Source: Candidatus Omnitrophota bacterium (GTDB taxonomy: Bacteria > Omnitrophota > Gorgyraeia > Zapsychrales > Zapsychraceae). From it: a DNA stretch of 64,000 nucleotides. How positions within the stretch are numbered: the first letter of the stretch is position 1; every line of letters begins with the position of its first letter. The stretch lies in the NCBI GenBank assembly GCA_021108075.1, contig JAIORP010000178.1:31811-95810 (forward strand), read 5' to 3'. The position numbers were made by a program, and so were the translations under genes. Below are positions 1 to 9,901 of the stretch, one piece after another. The notes beneath the pieces were generated by a model, which worked only from the letters and a program-made list of their open reading frames with translations, had not been told where the DNA came from and did no database searches.

Positions 1-383
1 AGAAGGCGGAGTGTCCTTTTGAATTGATGCATTGCAATTCGTCATATCCTGTTGAAGATTCAGATCTAAATTTAAGAACAATTGAGTTTTTAAGGGAACA
101 TTTTCAATGCAAAGTCGGCTATAGCGGACATGAAGTTGGTCTGATCCCGACCTGCGCGGCCGTTACGTTAGGAGCCTCATCGATCGAACGCCACATTACT
201 TTAAATCGATCAATGTATGGGTCGGATCAATCTGCTTCAGTTGAAGTTATGGGATTCTACAGATTAACGAAATATATTGAAGCAATACTGGCTGCTCTAG
301 GAACGGGTGAGAAAACCATAGACGAAAAAGAGCAACAAGTTAAGAAGAAGCTTCGTAGAGTCGAAACATTGTTAACACAATAA
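1..383 (+). CDS. neuB: N-acetylneuraminate synthase family protein (NeuB-like), C-terminal part, truncated by window start
   Basis: HCNSSYP, GYSGHE, IERHITL and GSDQSAS motifs of the NeuB TIM barrel; no C-terminal SAF/antifreeze domain. Confidence 0.85.
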   Translation, partial: KAECPFELMHCNSSYPVEDSDLNLRTIEFLREHFQCKVGYSGHEVGLIPTCAAVTLGASSIERHITLNRSMYGSDQSASVEVMGFYRLTKYIEAILAALGTGEKTIDEKEQQVKKKLRRVETLLTQ

Positions 384-420
384 TTAGATGTGAATTTTTT
401 TTAAACATTTAACGAGAAGG

Positions 421-1161
421 ATGTGGATGAAGATCGTAGCGCTCATTCCAGCCCGAGGTGGCAGCAAAAGTATTCCATTCAAGAATATTATGAAGTTAGG
501 CAACCATCCCTTAATTGCTTATTCAATTGCGGAAGCAAAATTGTCACAATATATCAATGAAGTTGTTGTTACCACCGATTCAACAAAGATTGCTGATATT
601 GCCAGGAAATATCGAGCTTATGTTCCTTTTCTAAGGCCAAAGAATATCTCCCGTGATCACTCGTTGGATGTTGAGTTTTTTAAACATTACCTTAATTATT
701 TAAAAAGAAAAGCTTTTCAAATACCTGATATAATTGTTCATTTGAGACCAACAACCCCTTTGAGAGAAATTAGCGTCATTGATTGTGCTATTCAGTACAT
801 GGTTGAGAATAAAAAAGCTAGTGCGCTGCGTTCCATGCACAAGACACATCTCACGCCGTATAAAATGTTTAAGAAAAAAGGCGAATATGCATGTGCGTTT
901 TTAAAATATAAAAATGTTCAAGAATCTTACAACCTGCCTCGTCAGAAATTTGACGAAGTATATATCCCCAATGGGTATGTGGATATTGTCAGACCATCAA
1001 TATTATTAAAGACAAACCTCCTGCATGGGAGAAGAATGAAGATTTGGGAAACGGATAATGTCGCTGACATAGATGGGATCGAAGATTATCACTTTGCCGC
1101 CAAATTGTTAAAAGAAAGAAGATTTAATGAGATTCGGAACTATTTAAAAGATTATCAATAG
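421..1161 (+). CDS. acylneuraminate cytidylyltransferase (CMP-nonulosonate synthetase, NeuA-like)
   Basis: IPARGGSKSIPFKN, LRPTTPLR and PNGYVD motifs; start could be 427. Confidence 0.9.
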   Translation: MWMKIVALIPARGGSKSIPFKNIMKLGNHPLIAYSIAEAKLSQYINEVVVTTDSTKIADIARKYRAYVPFLRPKNISRDHSLDVEFFKHYLNYLKRKAFQIPDIIVHLRPTTPLREISVIDCAIQYMVENKKASALRSMHKTHLTPYKMFKKKGEYACAFLKYKNVQESYNLPRQKFDEVYIPNGYVDIVRPSILLKTNLLHGRRMKIWETDNVADIDGIEDYHFAAKLLKERRFNEIRNYLKDYQ

Positions 1162-1203
1162 TCCGCATCGTTAAATGATTAATGAAAAGGGAGGAAAACG
1201 TCA

Positions 1204-1899
1204 ATGGGAACTTATTTAGAAACAATTTATTTTAGAGACGAATATTCAGAAGATAAGTATCCCCAAAAGTTGTGCAATTATATTATTGATAAATATTTTA
1301 CAAGCAATGGCAGCCTTGAAGGAAAAAAAGTTCTTGATATCGGATCAGGGAAAGGAAACCATTTGGTGGGATTTTCCCGAAGAGGTTTGAAGGCGTATGG
1401 TCTTGACAAAAGGAAAGAGTGTATCGACATTTTAAAAGATTTTGATATTAAAGAATGTAACATTGAAAAAGAGCCGTTTCCTTTCAAGGACAATTTTTTT
1501 GATTTTATATACTCAAAATCTGTTTTAGAACATGTTGTTAATGCGGATAATTTTCTGTCGGAATCCTTGCGGGTATTAAAGCCCGGAGGAACCGCTGTTA
1601 TGATGACGCCCGACTGGACAAGCCAGCATAAATATTTCTGGGATGATTACACCCATGTTAAAGCTTTTACGCGAAAATCTCTTCAAAACGCGATGATGAT
1701 CAATGGCTTTAAAGATGTGGACTGTTCCTATTTTTTACAGTTACCCATTGTATGGGAACGTCCTTGGATGATGATCGCCGTTAAACTCGTAAGGTTATTG
1801 CCGGATTTTTTAAAATGGAAAGATAAGGAAGAAAAGGTCTTCTGGGAATTTATCCGGTTTAGCAAAGAGGAAATGCTGCTTTCAGTTGGGAGTAAGTAA
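1204..1899 (+). CDS. class I SAM-dependent methyltransferase
   Basis: VLDIGSGKG motif I, FDFIYSKSVLEH, LKPGG; GGAGG RBS upstream. Confidence 0.85.
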   Translation: MGTYLETIYFRDEYSEDKYPQKLCNYIIDKYFTSNGSLEGKKVLDIGSGKGNHLVGFSRRGLKAYGLDKRKECIDILKDFDIKECNIEKEPFPFKDNFFDFIYSKSVLEHVVNADNFLSESLRVLKPGGTAVMMTPDWTSQHKYFWDDYTHVKAFTRKSLQNAMMINGFKDVDCSYFLQLPIVWERPWMMIAVKLVRLLPDFLKWKDKEEKVFWEFIRFSKEEMLLSVGSK

Positions 1900-1903
1900 A
1901 AAA

Positions 1904-2734
1904 ATGAATAACATTGGTATCATGCAAGGCAGAATTCTACCCAAGCGGTTGGACCGGTTGCAACTGTTCCCTGACAGGACCTGGGAAGAGGAATTATCGA
2001 AAGCAAAAGAGTTGGGATTTTCATGTGTCGAATTATTGTATGATAAAGAGTTGGTTTGCCGAACAATGTTGTCCGACAATAAACGGAGTGGTCGCCTTTG
2101 GGAGTATCTCAATAAGGAGATGCGTCGTGTTGTATTTAAATCTACCTGTTTAGATTATTTTACCGGTATTTCCTTGCTGGACCGGAAAAGTTTTTTTTGT
2201 TCGGAAATAGTAGCTATCATAGAAGAATTAAAAAAATCAAGCATTAAAATATTTGTCCTGCCCTTCTTTGATGAAAATATGATTCATTCTCAAGATGAGT
2301 TTCGGCAGGTCCTTCAAATCCTTCAGGATAATAATTTAGATTGTTTGGCGCGCTCAAATGATGTTGCATTAGCCCTTGAACTATGTCTGCCCGCTCATCA
2401 AGTTAGAAATTCAATGGATGCATATGCTTTTACAAATATTAAAATCTGCTATGACACTGGGAACGCGCGTGCTTCCGGTTATATCCCTGAAGAAGAAATA
2501 ATCGAATTATCGGGTTTGATAGGACATGTCCATATCAAGGACCGGAATGTGGGTGGACCCAACGTGCCTTTAGGTTCCGGCGCCGTCAATTTCAACGCAT
2601 GTTTGGAGGCTCTTCAACGCATCCGTTATGACGGGCTAATGATCCTTGAAACAATTTACACGGATAATCCCATTTTAGACGCCCGAAACAACTTCGCTTA
2701 TTTGCAAGGATTGTTGGGAAGGATGGTGTCATGA
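1904..2734 (+). CDS. sugar phosphate isomerase/epimerase (xylose-isomerase-like TIM barrel)
   Basis: IGIMQGR start, CYDTGN, HVHIKDR, LGSGAVNF, ILET motifs; ATG at 1904 preferred over TTG 1886. Confidence 0.85.
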   Translation: MNNIGIMQGRILPKRLDRLQLFPDRTWEEELSKAKELGFSCVELLYDKELVCRTMLSDNKRSGRLWEYLNKEMRRVVFKSTCLDYFTGISLLDRKSFFCSEIVAIIEELKKSSIKIFVLPFFDENMIHSQDEFRQVLQILQDNNLDCLARSNDVALALELCLPAHQVRNSMDAYAFTNIKICYDTGNARASGYIPEEEIIELSGLIGHVHIKDRNVGGPNVPLGSGAVNFNACLEALQRIRYDGLMILETIYTDNPILDARNNFAYLQGLLGRMVS

Positions 2735-3738
2735 GAGCATTATTTGTTGGATTAGGCTCGATCGGCCAGCGTCATTTAATAAACTTCAAACATTTAGTTG
2801 GAAATAAAGCGGAAATATTCGCTTACCGGCAAACGAATCATAATCTAATAATAAGAGAAGGCAAAGCGAAAACATGCCGATCTCTTGCGCAATATTACGG
2901 TTTTCAGACATGTCCAAGTTTATCCGAAGCATTTAACGTTTATCCGGATGTTGTCTTTATCACGAATCCTAGTGCATACCATTTAGCGCCAGCGATAAAA
3001 GCGGCGTCACATGGGTGTCATTTGTTCATTGAAAAACCCTTATCACATAGTCTCAAGGGTGTGACTTCCTTGCAAAATATAATTCATAGGAAGAAATTGG
3101 TTGTTATGGTGGGCTATCAGACCAGGTTCCATCCGTGTTATCAATTTTTAGAAAAAATGATATCCAGAAAAAGATATGGCCGTTTACTTTCCGCAGATTT
3201 TGAGTGGGGCACATATCTTCCTGCGCATCATCCGTATGAAGATTATCGAAAAGGCTATGCCGCACTTAACAAATTAGGCGGAGGCGTTCTGCTCGGTTTG
3301 AGTCATGAACTGGATATGATTTGTAACCTTTGGGGGCAGCCGGATGAACTATTCGCCGTTGGGGGACAACTGAGTCCGCTGAGCATGGATACGGAGGATA
3401 CGGTATCTGTTTTGATGAAATACAGACGGCATTCTCAGTCTTTTCCTGTTTCGTTATTTTTATCCTACGCGCAAACAAAGGAAACACGTCGATTTAAGGT
3501 GCAGATGGCACGGGCGACGATCTTAGGCGACTTCATGGAAAACACGGTGCAAGTTTTTGATCAAAAAGGGAACGTCATTATTTTTGAATCTTTTATCGAA
3601 TTCGACAGGAATGAATTATTTATCAGTGAAATGAAGGAATTCGTTAAAGCTGTTAAAATTAAACGGAAACCATTGGTTGATATAGACGACGGGATTGAAA
3701 GTTTAAAACTAGCATTAAGGATTAAAAAAAAATTATAG
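2731..3738 (+). CDS. Gfo/Idh/MocA family oxidoreductase
   Basis: GLGSIGQRH, IEKP, GGGVLLGLSHELD; ATGA overlap with previous gene. Confidence 0.9.
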   Translation: MRALFVGLGSIGQRHLINFKHLVGNKAEIFAYRQTNHNLIIREGKAKTCRSLAQYYGFQTCPSLSEAFNVYPDVVFITNPSAYHLAPAIKAASHGCHLFIEKPLSHSLKGVTSLQNIIHRKKLVVMVGYQTRFHPCYQFLEKMISRKRYGRLLSADFEWGTYLPAHHPYEDYRKGYAALNKLGGGVLLGLSHELDMICNLWGQPDELFAVGGQLSPLSMDTEDTVSVLMKYRRHSQSFPVSLFLSYAQTKETRRFKVQMARATILGDFMENTVQVFDQKGNVIIFESFIEFDRNELFISEMKEFVKAVKIKRKPLVDIDDGIESLKLALRIKKKL

Positions 3739-3753
3739 AAGGAAGTGCTCAAA

Positions 3754-4578
3754 ATGATGGATAAATTTAAATTAGATAATAAAAATATCATCATCACCGG
3801 CGGTGCCGGATTTCTCGGGCGCATGCATGCTGAGGCCATTGCGCAAGCGGGAGGCCATCCGATCCTGGGCGATTTGTATGTTGAAGAGGCACAAGAAATT
3901 GCTGCACAGATATCTACAACGTTTCATGTCAGGGCCTGCGGTATTCAGTTAGACGTTACAAAAAAAGAAAGCATTAGTGAGATGCTTCAGACGGTTCTGA
4001 ACGAATACGGACAAGTGGATGCGTTAATCAACAATGCCGCTAATGATCCAAAGGTAAAGGAGACGAGCGATGGATTAGAGCATAGTCGATTTGAGAATTT
4101 TTCTTTGGAGCAATGGAATAATGATATTGAGGTCGGTTTAACGGGTTCATTTTTATGCAGCCAAATTATTGGCCGCGAGATGGAAAAAAAAGGAAAAGGC
4201 GTCATTCTCAATATTTCTTCAGATCTGGGACTAAATGCGCCGGATCAAAGGATATATCGCAAAGAGGGTTGTCCAGAGCATTTACAGCCGGTCAAGCCCG
4301 TTTCTTATTCTGTTGTCAAACATGCATTAATTGGTCTGACCAAGTATCTGGCTACTTATTGGGCCGATAAAGGGATAAGGGTCAATACACTTTGCCCCGG
4401 AGGAGTTTACAATAATCAACCCGATGCCTTTGTTACTAAATTAACTCATTTAATTCCGATGGGAAGAATGGCGAATAAAGATGAATATATGGCAGCCGTA
4501 TTATTTTTACTTTCGGATGCTTCTTCATATATGACGGGTTCGACATTAGTTATTGATGGTGGCCGACATTGTTGGTAG
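3754..4578 (+). CDS. SDR family oxidoreductase (PtmA-like)
   Basis: TGGAGFLG, NNAA, YSVVK (YxxxK), IDGG. Confidence 0.9.
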   Translation: MMDKFKLDNKNIIITGGAGFLGRMHAEAIAQAGGHPILGDLYVEEAQEIAAQISTTFHVRACGIQLDVTKKESISEMLQTVLNEYGQVDALINNAANDPKVKETSDGLEHSRFENFSLEQWNNDIEVGLTGSFLCSQIIGREMEKKGKGVILNISSDLGLNAPDQRIYRKEGCPEHLQPVKPVSYSVVKHALIGLTKYLATYWADKGIRVNTLCPGGVYNNQPDAFVTKLTHLIPMGRMANKDEYMAAVLFLLSDASSYMTGSTLVIDGGRHCW

Positions 4579-4625
4579 GCATTTTCATTCATTCTTAATA
4601 AAATCAGATTAAGAGGAACTTTTTA

Positions 4626-5126
4626 ATGCTAAATATAGAATTATTTCGTCGTATTAAGTTGTTGGTTTGTGATTTCGACGGTGTATTCACAGACAATTCT
4701 GTCATTGTCGATGAAAATGGCAAAGAGTCTGTCATTTGTTCTCGTTCAGACAGCTTGGGCGTAGAGATGCTAAAGAAAAAAGGAATAAATGTCATCGTCA
4801 TTTCAAAAGAGAGAAACAATGTCGTTCAATCGCGGTGTCAAAAGATGGGGATTCCCTGTTTTTGGGGGATAGATGAAAAACTTTCAGTTATGCAAAAAGA
4901 AATGAAAGAATATGGTTTAGAGCCAGATGAAGTTTGTTATCTGGGCAATGATATCAATGATTTGGAGTGCATGCGATATGTTATTGGCGTCGCTGTTGGT
5001 GATGCGAATGATCAGGCTAAGGAAATTGCCCGATATGTCACAAAAGCCAACGGCGGCAGGGGCGCGGTCAGGGAAGTCGCTGACCATATTCTGAATAGCG
5101 GAAGAACCTTGAAGGAGTCTTTATAA
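4626..5126 (+). CDS. HAD phosphatase, KdsC/YrbI-like (ulosonate-phosphate phosphatase)
   Basis: DFDGVFTD, GNDIND, GGRGAVRE motifs. Confidence 0.85.
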   Translation: MLNIELFRRIKLLVCDFDGVFTDNSVIVDENGKESVICSRSDSLGVEMLKKKGINVIVISKERNNVVQSRCQKMGIPCFWGIDEKLSVMQKEMKEYGLEPDEVCYLGNDINDLECMRYVIGVAVGDANDQAKEIARYVTKANGGRGAVREVADHILNSGRTLKESL

Positions 5127-5137
5127 GACCGTCACAT

Positions 5138-6958
5138 ATGAATCAGACAAAAAATTATCAGACATTCTTTTTTACTTTGCGACAGCTTTTTAAAAGACTG
5201 CAGCCTATCCATAAAAAGCAGTTTGGCCTGTTGCTGATCTTTATGCTGTTCGCGTCGTTCATCGCGACAGTTTCGGCCGGCATCATCGCGCTCTTTGCCG
5301 CGGCGTTTACAGCGCCTGATCAAATCATGAATTCGAAATATTTTGTCATGGCCCGGGATGTCTTTGATGTGGATTTCCTATATACGCCAAAGGGCCTGAT
5401 GGTTTTATTGAGTGTCTTAATGGTTTTGTTTGTGGGGTTAAAAAATATTTTGGATTGCGTCCTTTTTTATTTTCTCGCCTGCTATAGCGCGGCCATCGAA
5501 GCCCATTTTGGTGTTGTTTTGTTTAATGGTTTTATTCATATGCCGTATGAATGGCATTTGAACCGTAATTCTGCTGATCTGATTCTCGCCCTGCAATGGC
5601 GGAGCTATGTCGGGCAGAGCTTTTTTAATGTGGCCTTGAAATCGATCAATGATGTCTTTGTTGTCCTGTTTCTCATCTCAGCGGTTTTTTTGGCCAGTCC
5701 TTTTATTGCTCTGGTTGTGTTTATGATTTCAGGTGTTACCGCTTTTCTGATCTACCGCAAAATTCACCGCCTGCAGGAGATGGAAGCGGAAAAGTGTTTG
5801 GTTTACAGCCAATCCATTAACCGGCAGGTGACCAAGGGCATTCATGGTATAAAGGATGTCAAGGTTTCCGGTCAAACCTCGTTTATTGATGACTTTGAAA
5901 CAGATGCCTATGATGTGGCCCGTATTCGCGGTATGCGCAGTTTTTACGGCCGGTTGCCGATCGGTTTATTGGAGACCATCGGCTTTGCCATTCTATCCAT
6001 ATCGATTATTTTTATGCTTTTTTTCACCGCGTCATCAAATTTGGAGATCACAGCCGTTATCAGCTTGTTGATTGTTGCCGCCTGGAGAATTCTGCCGGCG
6101 ACAAGCCGGATCATGACCGGTTTTATCGCGATCAGAAACATTATTCCTTTTGTTAAACGCATCATGGAGTATATTGAAGACATTGAGTCAAAAGCTGTTT
6201 ACCCCGCGGAGCCTGTCACGGGTGTATCCGATCCGCTGGATTTCAAACGCGACATTCAAGTGCAAGATATTAATTTTATTTATCACGACCGGCAAGTCCA
6301 TGTCCTGCATGATATCAGTTTTCATATTAAGAAAGGGCAGACCGTCGGGATTGTCGGTTGTTCAGGCGTTGGTAAAAGTACTTTAGTTGACATTATTATC
6401 GGGTTATTGATCCCCAATAAAGGACGGATTGTCGTCGATGGCAATGAGGTCACGGAGCATAACCGTTACACCTGGCTCAAGAAGCTGAGTTATGTTTCGC
6501 AATCACCTTACATTTGTGATGGAAGTATCGCTGAGAATATCGCTTTCGGGATAGTCCCGGATCGTATTGATCGGGACCATGTGCTTGAATGCTGTCGCAT
6601 GGCCTATATGCAGGACATTTTGAGCATGCTCCCGCAGGGCATTGATACGGTTATTGGTGAGAGGGGTATGCGTCTTTCCGGCGGGCAACGTCAGCGGGTC
6701 GCGATCGCGCGGGCATTATATACAAATCCGGAACTCATGATTTTTGATGAAGCGACAAGTTCATTAGATAGTAAAAGTGAGAATGCCATTCAGGAAACCA
6801 TCGCTTCCTTGAAAGGAAACAAGACATTGCTGGTCATCGCCCATCGCCTAAAAACAGTCGAAAATTGTGATTCTTTGATATGGTTGGAAGACGGGAGAGT
6901 AAAAATGTTTGACACGCCGGACAACGTTTTATGTCAGTATGAGGAGTCATTGCGCTGA
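5138..6958 (+). CDS. ABC transporter permease/ATP-binding fusion (PglK/MsbA-like glycan flippase)
   Basis: N-terminal TM helices, GCSGVGKST Walker A, LSGGQRQR signature, IFDEATS Walker B. Confidence 0.9.
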   Translation: MNQTKNYQTFFFTLRQLFKRLQPIHKKQFGLLLIFMLFASFIATVSAGIIALFAAAFTAPDQIMNSKYFVMARDVFDVDFLYTPKGLMVLLSVLMVLFVGLKNILDCVLFYFLACYSAAIEAHFGVVLFNGFIHMPYEWHLNRNSADLILALQWRSYVGQSFFNVALKSINDVFVVLFLISAVFLASPFIALVVFMISGVTAFLIYRKIHRLQEMEAEKCLVYSQSINRQVTKGIHGIKDVKVSGQTSFIDDFETDAYDVARIRGMRSFYGRLPIGLLETIGFAILSISIIFMLFFTASSNLEITAVISLLIVAAWRILPATSRIMTGFIAIRNIIPFVKRIMEYIEDIESKAVYPAEPVTGVSDPLDFKRDIQVQDINFIYHDRQVHVLHDISFHIKKGQTVGIVGCSGVGKSTLVDIIIGLLIPNKGRIVVDGNEVTEHNRYTWLKKLSYVSQSPYICDGSIAENIAFGIVPDRIDRDHVLECCRMAYMQDILSMLPQGIDTVIGERGMRLSGGQRQRVAIARALYTNPELMIFDEATSSLDSKSENAIQETIASLKGNKTLLVIAHRLKTVENCDSLIWLEDGRVKMFDTPDNVLCQYEESLR

Positions 6959-7020
6959 TTGGGGCGCTCCCGATGAAAGTGAGCGTTTGAACAGGTAAGG
7001 TTATTTTTTGGAAAAAGTTA

Positions 7021-7124
7021 ATACCAAATCCATTAATTAATTGTTCTATTTCGATTCTGATATTCTCGCCTTAGCGTCAATAAATGCTGAATCGGGTTTG
7101 GTAATTATTTAACGTAATTGGTAT
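7021..7124. mobile_element. MITE copy 1 (104-bp class, somewhat diverged)
   Basis: ATACCAAATCCATTAA ... TTAACGTAATTGGTAT ends; colinear with copies at 28400 and 54828. Confidence 0.8.
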
Positions 7125-7171
7125 AAGTTATGAATTGAAAGTTTAGAAGAGACAAATGTGGAGCCTTTAAA

Positions 7172-8176
7172 GTGAACGGGAAAAGATCTCAGAAAAAAGT
7201 TTTAGTAACAGGTGCTGACGGTTTTATCGGCAGTCATCTCGTTGAAGATCTGGTTGCTCAAGGCTTCAACGTAAAAGCCTTTGTCTATTACAACTCGTTT
7301 AACACCTGGGGCTGGTTGGATTCAATCCCTAAAGATATCCTTGAAGAAATTGATGTTTTTGCCGGTGATGTGCGTGATCCGAATGGGGTTAAAGAAGCGC
7401 TGAAGGGTTGTGACATGGTTTTTCATTTGGCCGCGTTAATCGGCATCCCTTTTTCCTATCATTCTCCGGACAGTTATGTTGACACAAACGTCAAGGGAAC
7501 CCTGAATATTTTGCAATCAGCCCGTGATTCGGGAACAAAAAGAATTTTGGTAACCTCGACATCTGAGGTGTATGGAACGGCACAATATGTTCCCATTGAT
7601 GAACAGCATCCACGGCAGGCACAATCGCCGTATTCAGCAACAAAGATTGCGGCTGACAGTCTGGCGGAATCTTTTTATCGCTCTTTTGATTTGCCGGTAA
7701 CGATCGTGCGCCCATTCAATACTTTTGGCCCCCGGCAATCCGCCCGGGCCATCATTCCGACGGTGATAACACAGGCCTTAACTGGAAAAAAAGAGATCAA
7801 GCTGGGTGATTTGCGTCCATCACGTGATCTGAATTATGTGCAGGATGTGTGTCAGGCCTTCATTCAAATCGCGAAATGTGAAGAAACCCGCGGAATGGAC
7901 TTGAATATTGCCAGGGGAGAAGATATAACGGTCGGTGATTTAGCCCAGGAAGTAATCAGATTGACCGGCTCCGGGGCAAAGATCGTCTGCGATCAGCAAC
8001 GCTTGCGGCCCGAACGCTCAGAAGTTATGCGGCTTTGCGGTGATAACAAGAAAATCAAAGAACTAACAGGATGGTCTCCGTCAACGTCTTTGCAGGAAGG
8101 TTTAAAGCAAACGATTGAGTGGTTTTCAGTAAAAGACAATCTGGATTTATATAAGGCGGATATTTACAATGTTTAA
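7172..8176 (+). CDS. legB: NDP-GlcNAc 4,6-dehydratase (LegB-like)
   Basis: TGADGFIGSHL, AALIGIPFSY, STSEVYG, YSATK, RPFNTFGPRQSARA; first gene of a leg-type operon. Confidence 0.85.
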   Translation: MNGKRSQKKVLVTGADGFIGSHLVEDLVAQGFNVKAFVYYNSFNTWGWLDSIPKDILEEIDVFAGDVRDPNGVKEALKGCDMVFHLAALIGIPFSYHSPDSYVDTNVKGTLNILQSARDSGTKRILVTSTSEVYGTAQYVPIDEQHPRQAQSPYSATKIAADSLAESFYRSFDLPVTIVRPFNTFGPRQSARAIIPTVITQALTGKKEIKLGDLRPSRDLNYVQDVCQAFIQIAKCEETRGMDLNIARGEDITVGDLAQEVIRLTGSGAKIVCDQQRLRPERSEVMRLCGDNKKIKELTGWSPSTSLQEGLKQTIEWFSVKDNLDLYKADIYNV

Positions 8177-9266
8177 AATTTTATTGGATTCACCGAATGT
8201 GGGAGAACTTGAGAAGAAATACTTGAATGATGCCGTTGATTCGGGCTTTGTCTCAACATATGGACCGTATGTGACGGATTTTGAGAACCGGATCGCTGAA
8301 TTGCTCCATGTGCCCTGTACCGTTGGGCTTCAAAGTGGAACCGCCGCATTGCATATTGCTTTATATGAATGTGGTATCGGTCCCGGGGATGAAGTTATTA
8401 TCCCCGCGATAACGTTTGCCGCCACAGCGCATGCTGTTCTTTATGTCGGGGCAACACCTGTTATTGTTGATGTGGAATCTGATACCTGGTGCATTTCTCC
8501 TTCTGCCACTGAATCCGCGATAACGAGTCAGACGAAAGCGGTTATACCCGTTCACCTTTATGGCAATCCCTGTGATATGGGGAGGATGACCCAAATTGCG
8601 CAGGCCAACAATTTTTTTATTATTGAAGATGCTGCTGAAAGTTTAGGATCAAAATATCAGGGTCAGTATACAGGCACATTAGGTGATTTGGGATGTTTAA
8701 GCTTTAACGGCAATAAGACCATAACATCTGCAAGTGGGGGAATGATCGCGCTTAAAGATCCAAAAAGAGCGGAGCACATTCGATATTTAATAAATCAGTC
8801 CAATCCGGGCTATGGATTCGATAACCATGGAGAAATCGGTTATAACTACCGCCTGACAAATTTATCGGCAGCGATGGGTTTAGCCCAGGTTGAGCGGGTT
8901 CATTCGTTTCTAAACAAAAAAAAGGATTTTTTTCAAATATATAAAAAACATCTTTCCGGAATGCCGGATGTATTCTTCCAGGCCGAATATCCTGGCGCTG
9001 AGAATTCATATTGGCTGACAGCGATATTGTTGCCATTTCATCAGGATGTTGATCGAGTTATTCATCAATTAAAAGACAAGAATATTCCTGCCCGACGTTT
9101 TTTTAATCCATTAAATACTTTTAAGTTTATGTCCGGTTTCTGCCAGGGAACATTAAAGAATGCCAATGACATCTACGCGCGCGGAATATGCTTGCCGTCA
9201 TCAACCCTGAATGAGGCTGAAGGGATTGAGCACGTCTGTGATGTTTTAAAGGAGCTGATTACGTGA
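8169..9266 (+). CDS. legC: DegT/DnrJ/EryC1/StrS aminotransferase (LegC-like)
   Basis: SGTAALH, PVHLYG, EDAAESLG, SFNGNKTIT (PLP lysine), GYNYRL. Confidence 0.85.
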   Translation: MFKILLDSPNVGELEKKYLNDAVDSGFVSTYGPYVTDFENRIAELLHVPCTVGLQSGTAALHIALYECGIGPGDEVIIPAITFAATAHAVLYVGATPVIVDVESDTWCISPSATESAITSQTKAVIPVHLYGNPCDMGRMTQIAQANNFFIIEDAAESLGSKYQGQYTGTLGDLGCLSFNGNKTITSASGGMIALKDPKRAEHIRYLINQSNPGYGFDNHGEIGYNYRLTNLSAAMGLAQVERVHSFLNKKKDFFQIYKKHLSGMPDVFFQAEYPGAENSYWLTAILLPFHQDVDRVIHQLKDKNIPARRFFNPLNTFKFMSGFCQGTLKNANDIYARGICLPSSTLNEAEGIEHVCDVLKELIT

Positions 9267-9901
9267 AAGAGAATATTATTTTAGTTGGCGGGGGAGGGCA
9301 TTGCCGGTCCTGTATTGATGTTATCGAGCAGCAAGGCCGTTACGCGATTTATGGCATCATCGATGGCAAAGAGAATATCGGTCAAGAGGTTTGCGGTTAT
9401 AAAATGATCGGATCTGATCAAGATATCCCCCATTATATGACAGAGTGCCCGAATTTCATTGTTACTGTCGGGCAAGTAAAGGGCGGTTCGAGAAGGAAAG
9501 ATTTATTTGAGATGCTCAAGGTCCACAAAGCGAATGTGCCTGTTATCATATCGCCGTTAGCGCGCGTATCCCCTGACGCTCAATTAGGTGAAGGCACGAT
9601 CATTATGCATCATGCCCTCGTCAATCGAAGGGCGGTGATCGGGTGCAACGCCATCGTGAACACAAAAGCGTTAATTGAACATGATGTTCGTCTGGGAGAC
9701 CATGTTTGCGTTTCCACGGGCGCGATCATTAATGGAGAGTGTGATATCGGACATCATGTTTTTATCGGCAGCGGCAGTGTCGTGAACCAATGTGTTTCCG
9801 TTGTTGATGGCACCGTGCTTGGGTCAGGCGCGGTTGTTGTGAGAGATATTGTTCAGCCAGGGACTTATGTGGGCTGCCCCGCAAGGAGGTTGCGTGTATG
9901 A
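9263..9901 (+). CDS. NeuD/PglD family sugar acetyltransferase
   Basis: GGGGH N-terminus, hexapeptide repeats, IEHD, GCPAR. Confidence 0.9.
   Translation: MKENIILVGGGGHCRSCIDVIEQQGRYAIYGIIDGKENIGQEVCGYKMIGSDQDIPHYMTECPNFIVTVGQVKGGSRRKDLFEMLKVHKANVPVIISPLARVSPDAQLGEGTIIMHHALVNRRAVIGCNAIVNTKALIEHDVRLGDHVCVSTGAIINGECDIGHHVFIGSGSVVNQCVSVVDGTVLGSGAVVVRDIVQPGTYVGCPARRLRV

Noticed and set aside
6953-6992. CTGAT..GAAA with a small stem as a hammerhead ribozyme
   Set aside because: The core is not CUGANGA and the three required stems cannot be formed; probably a simple hairpin.
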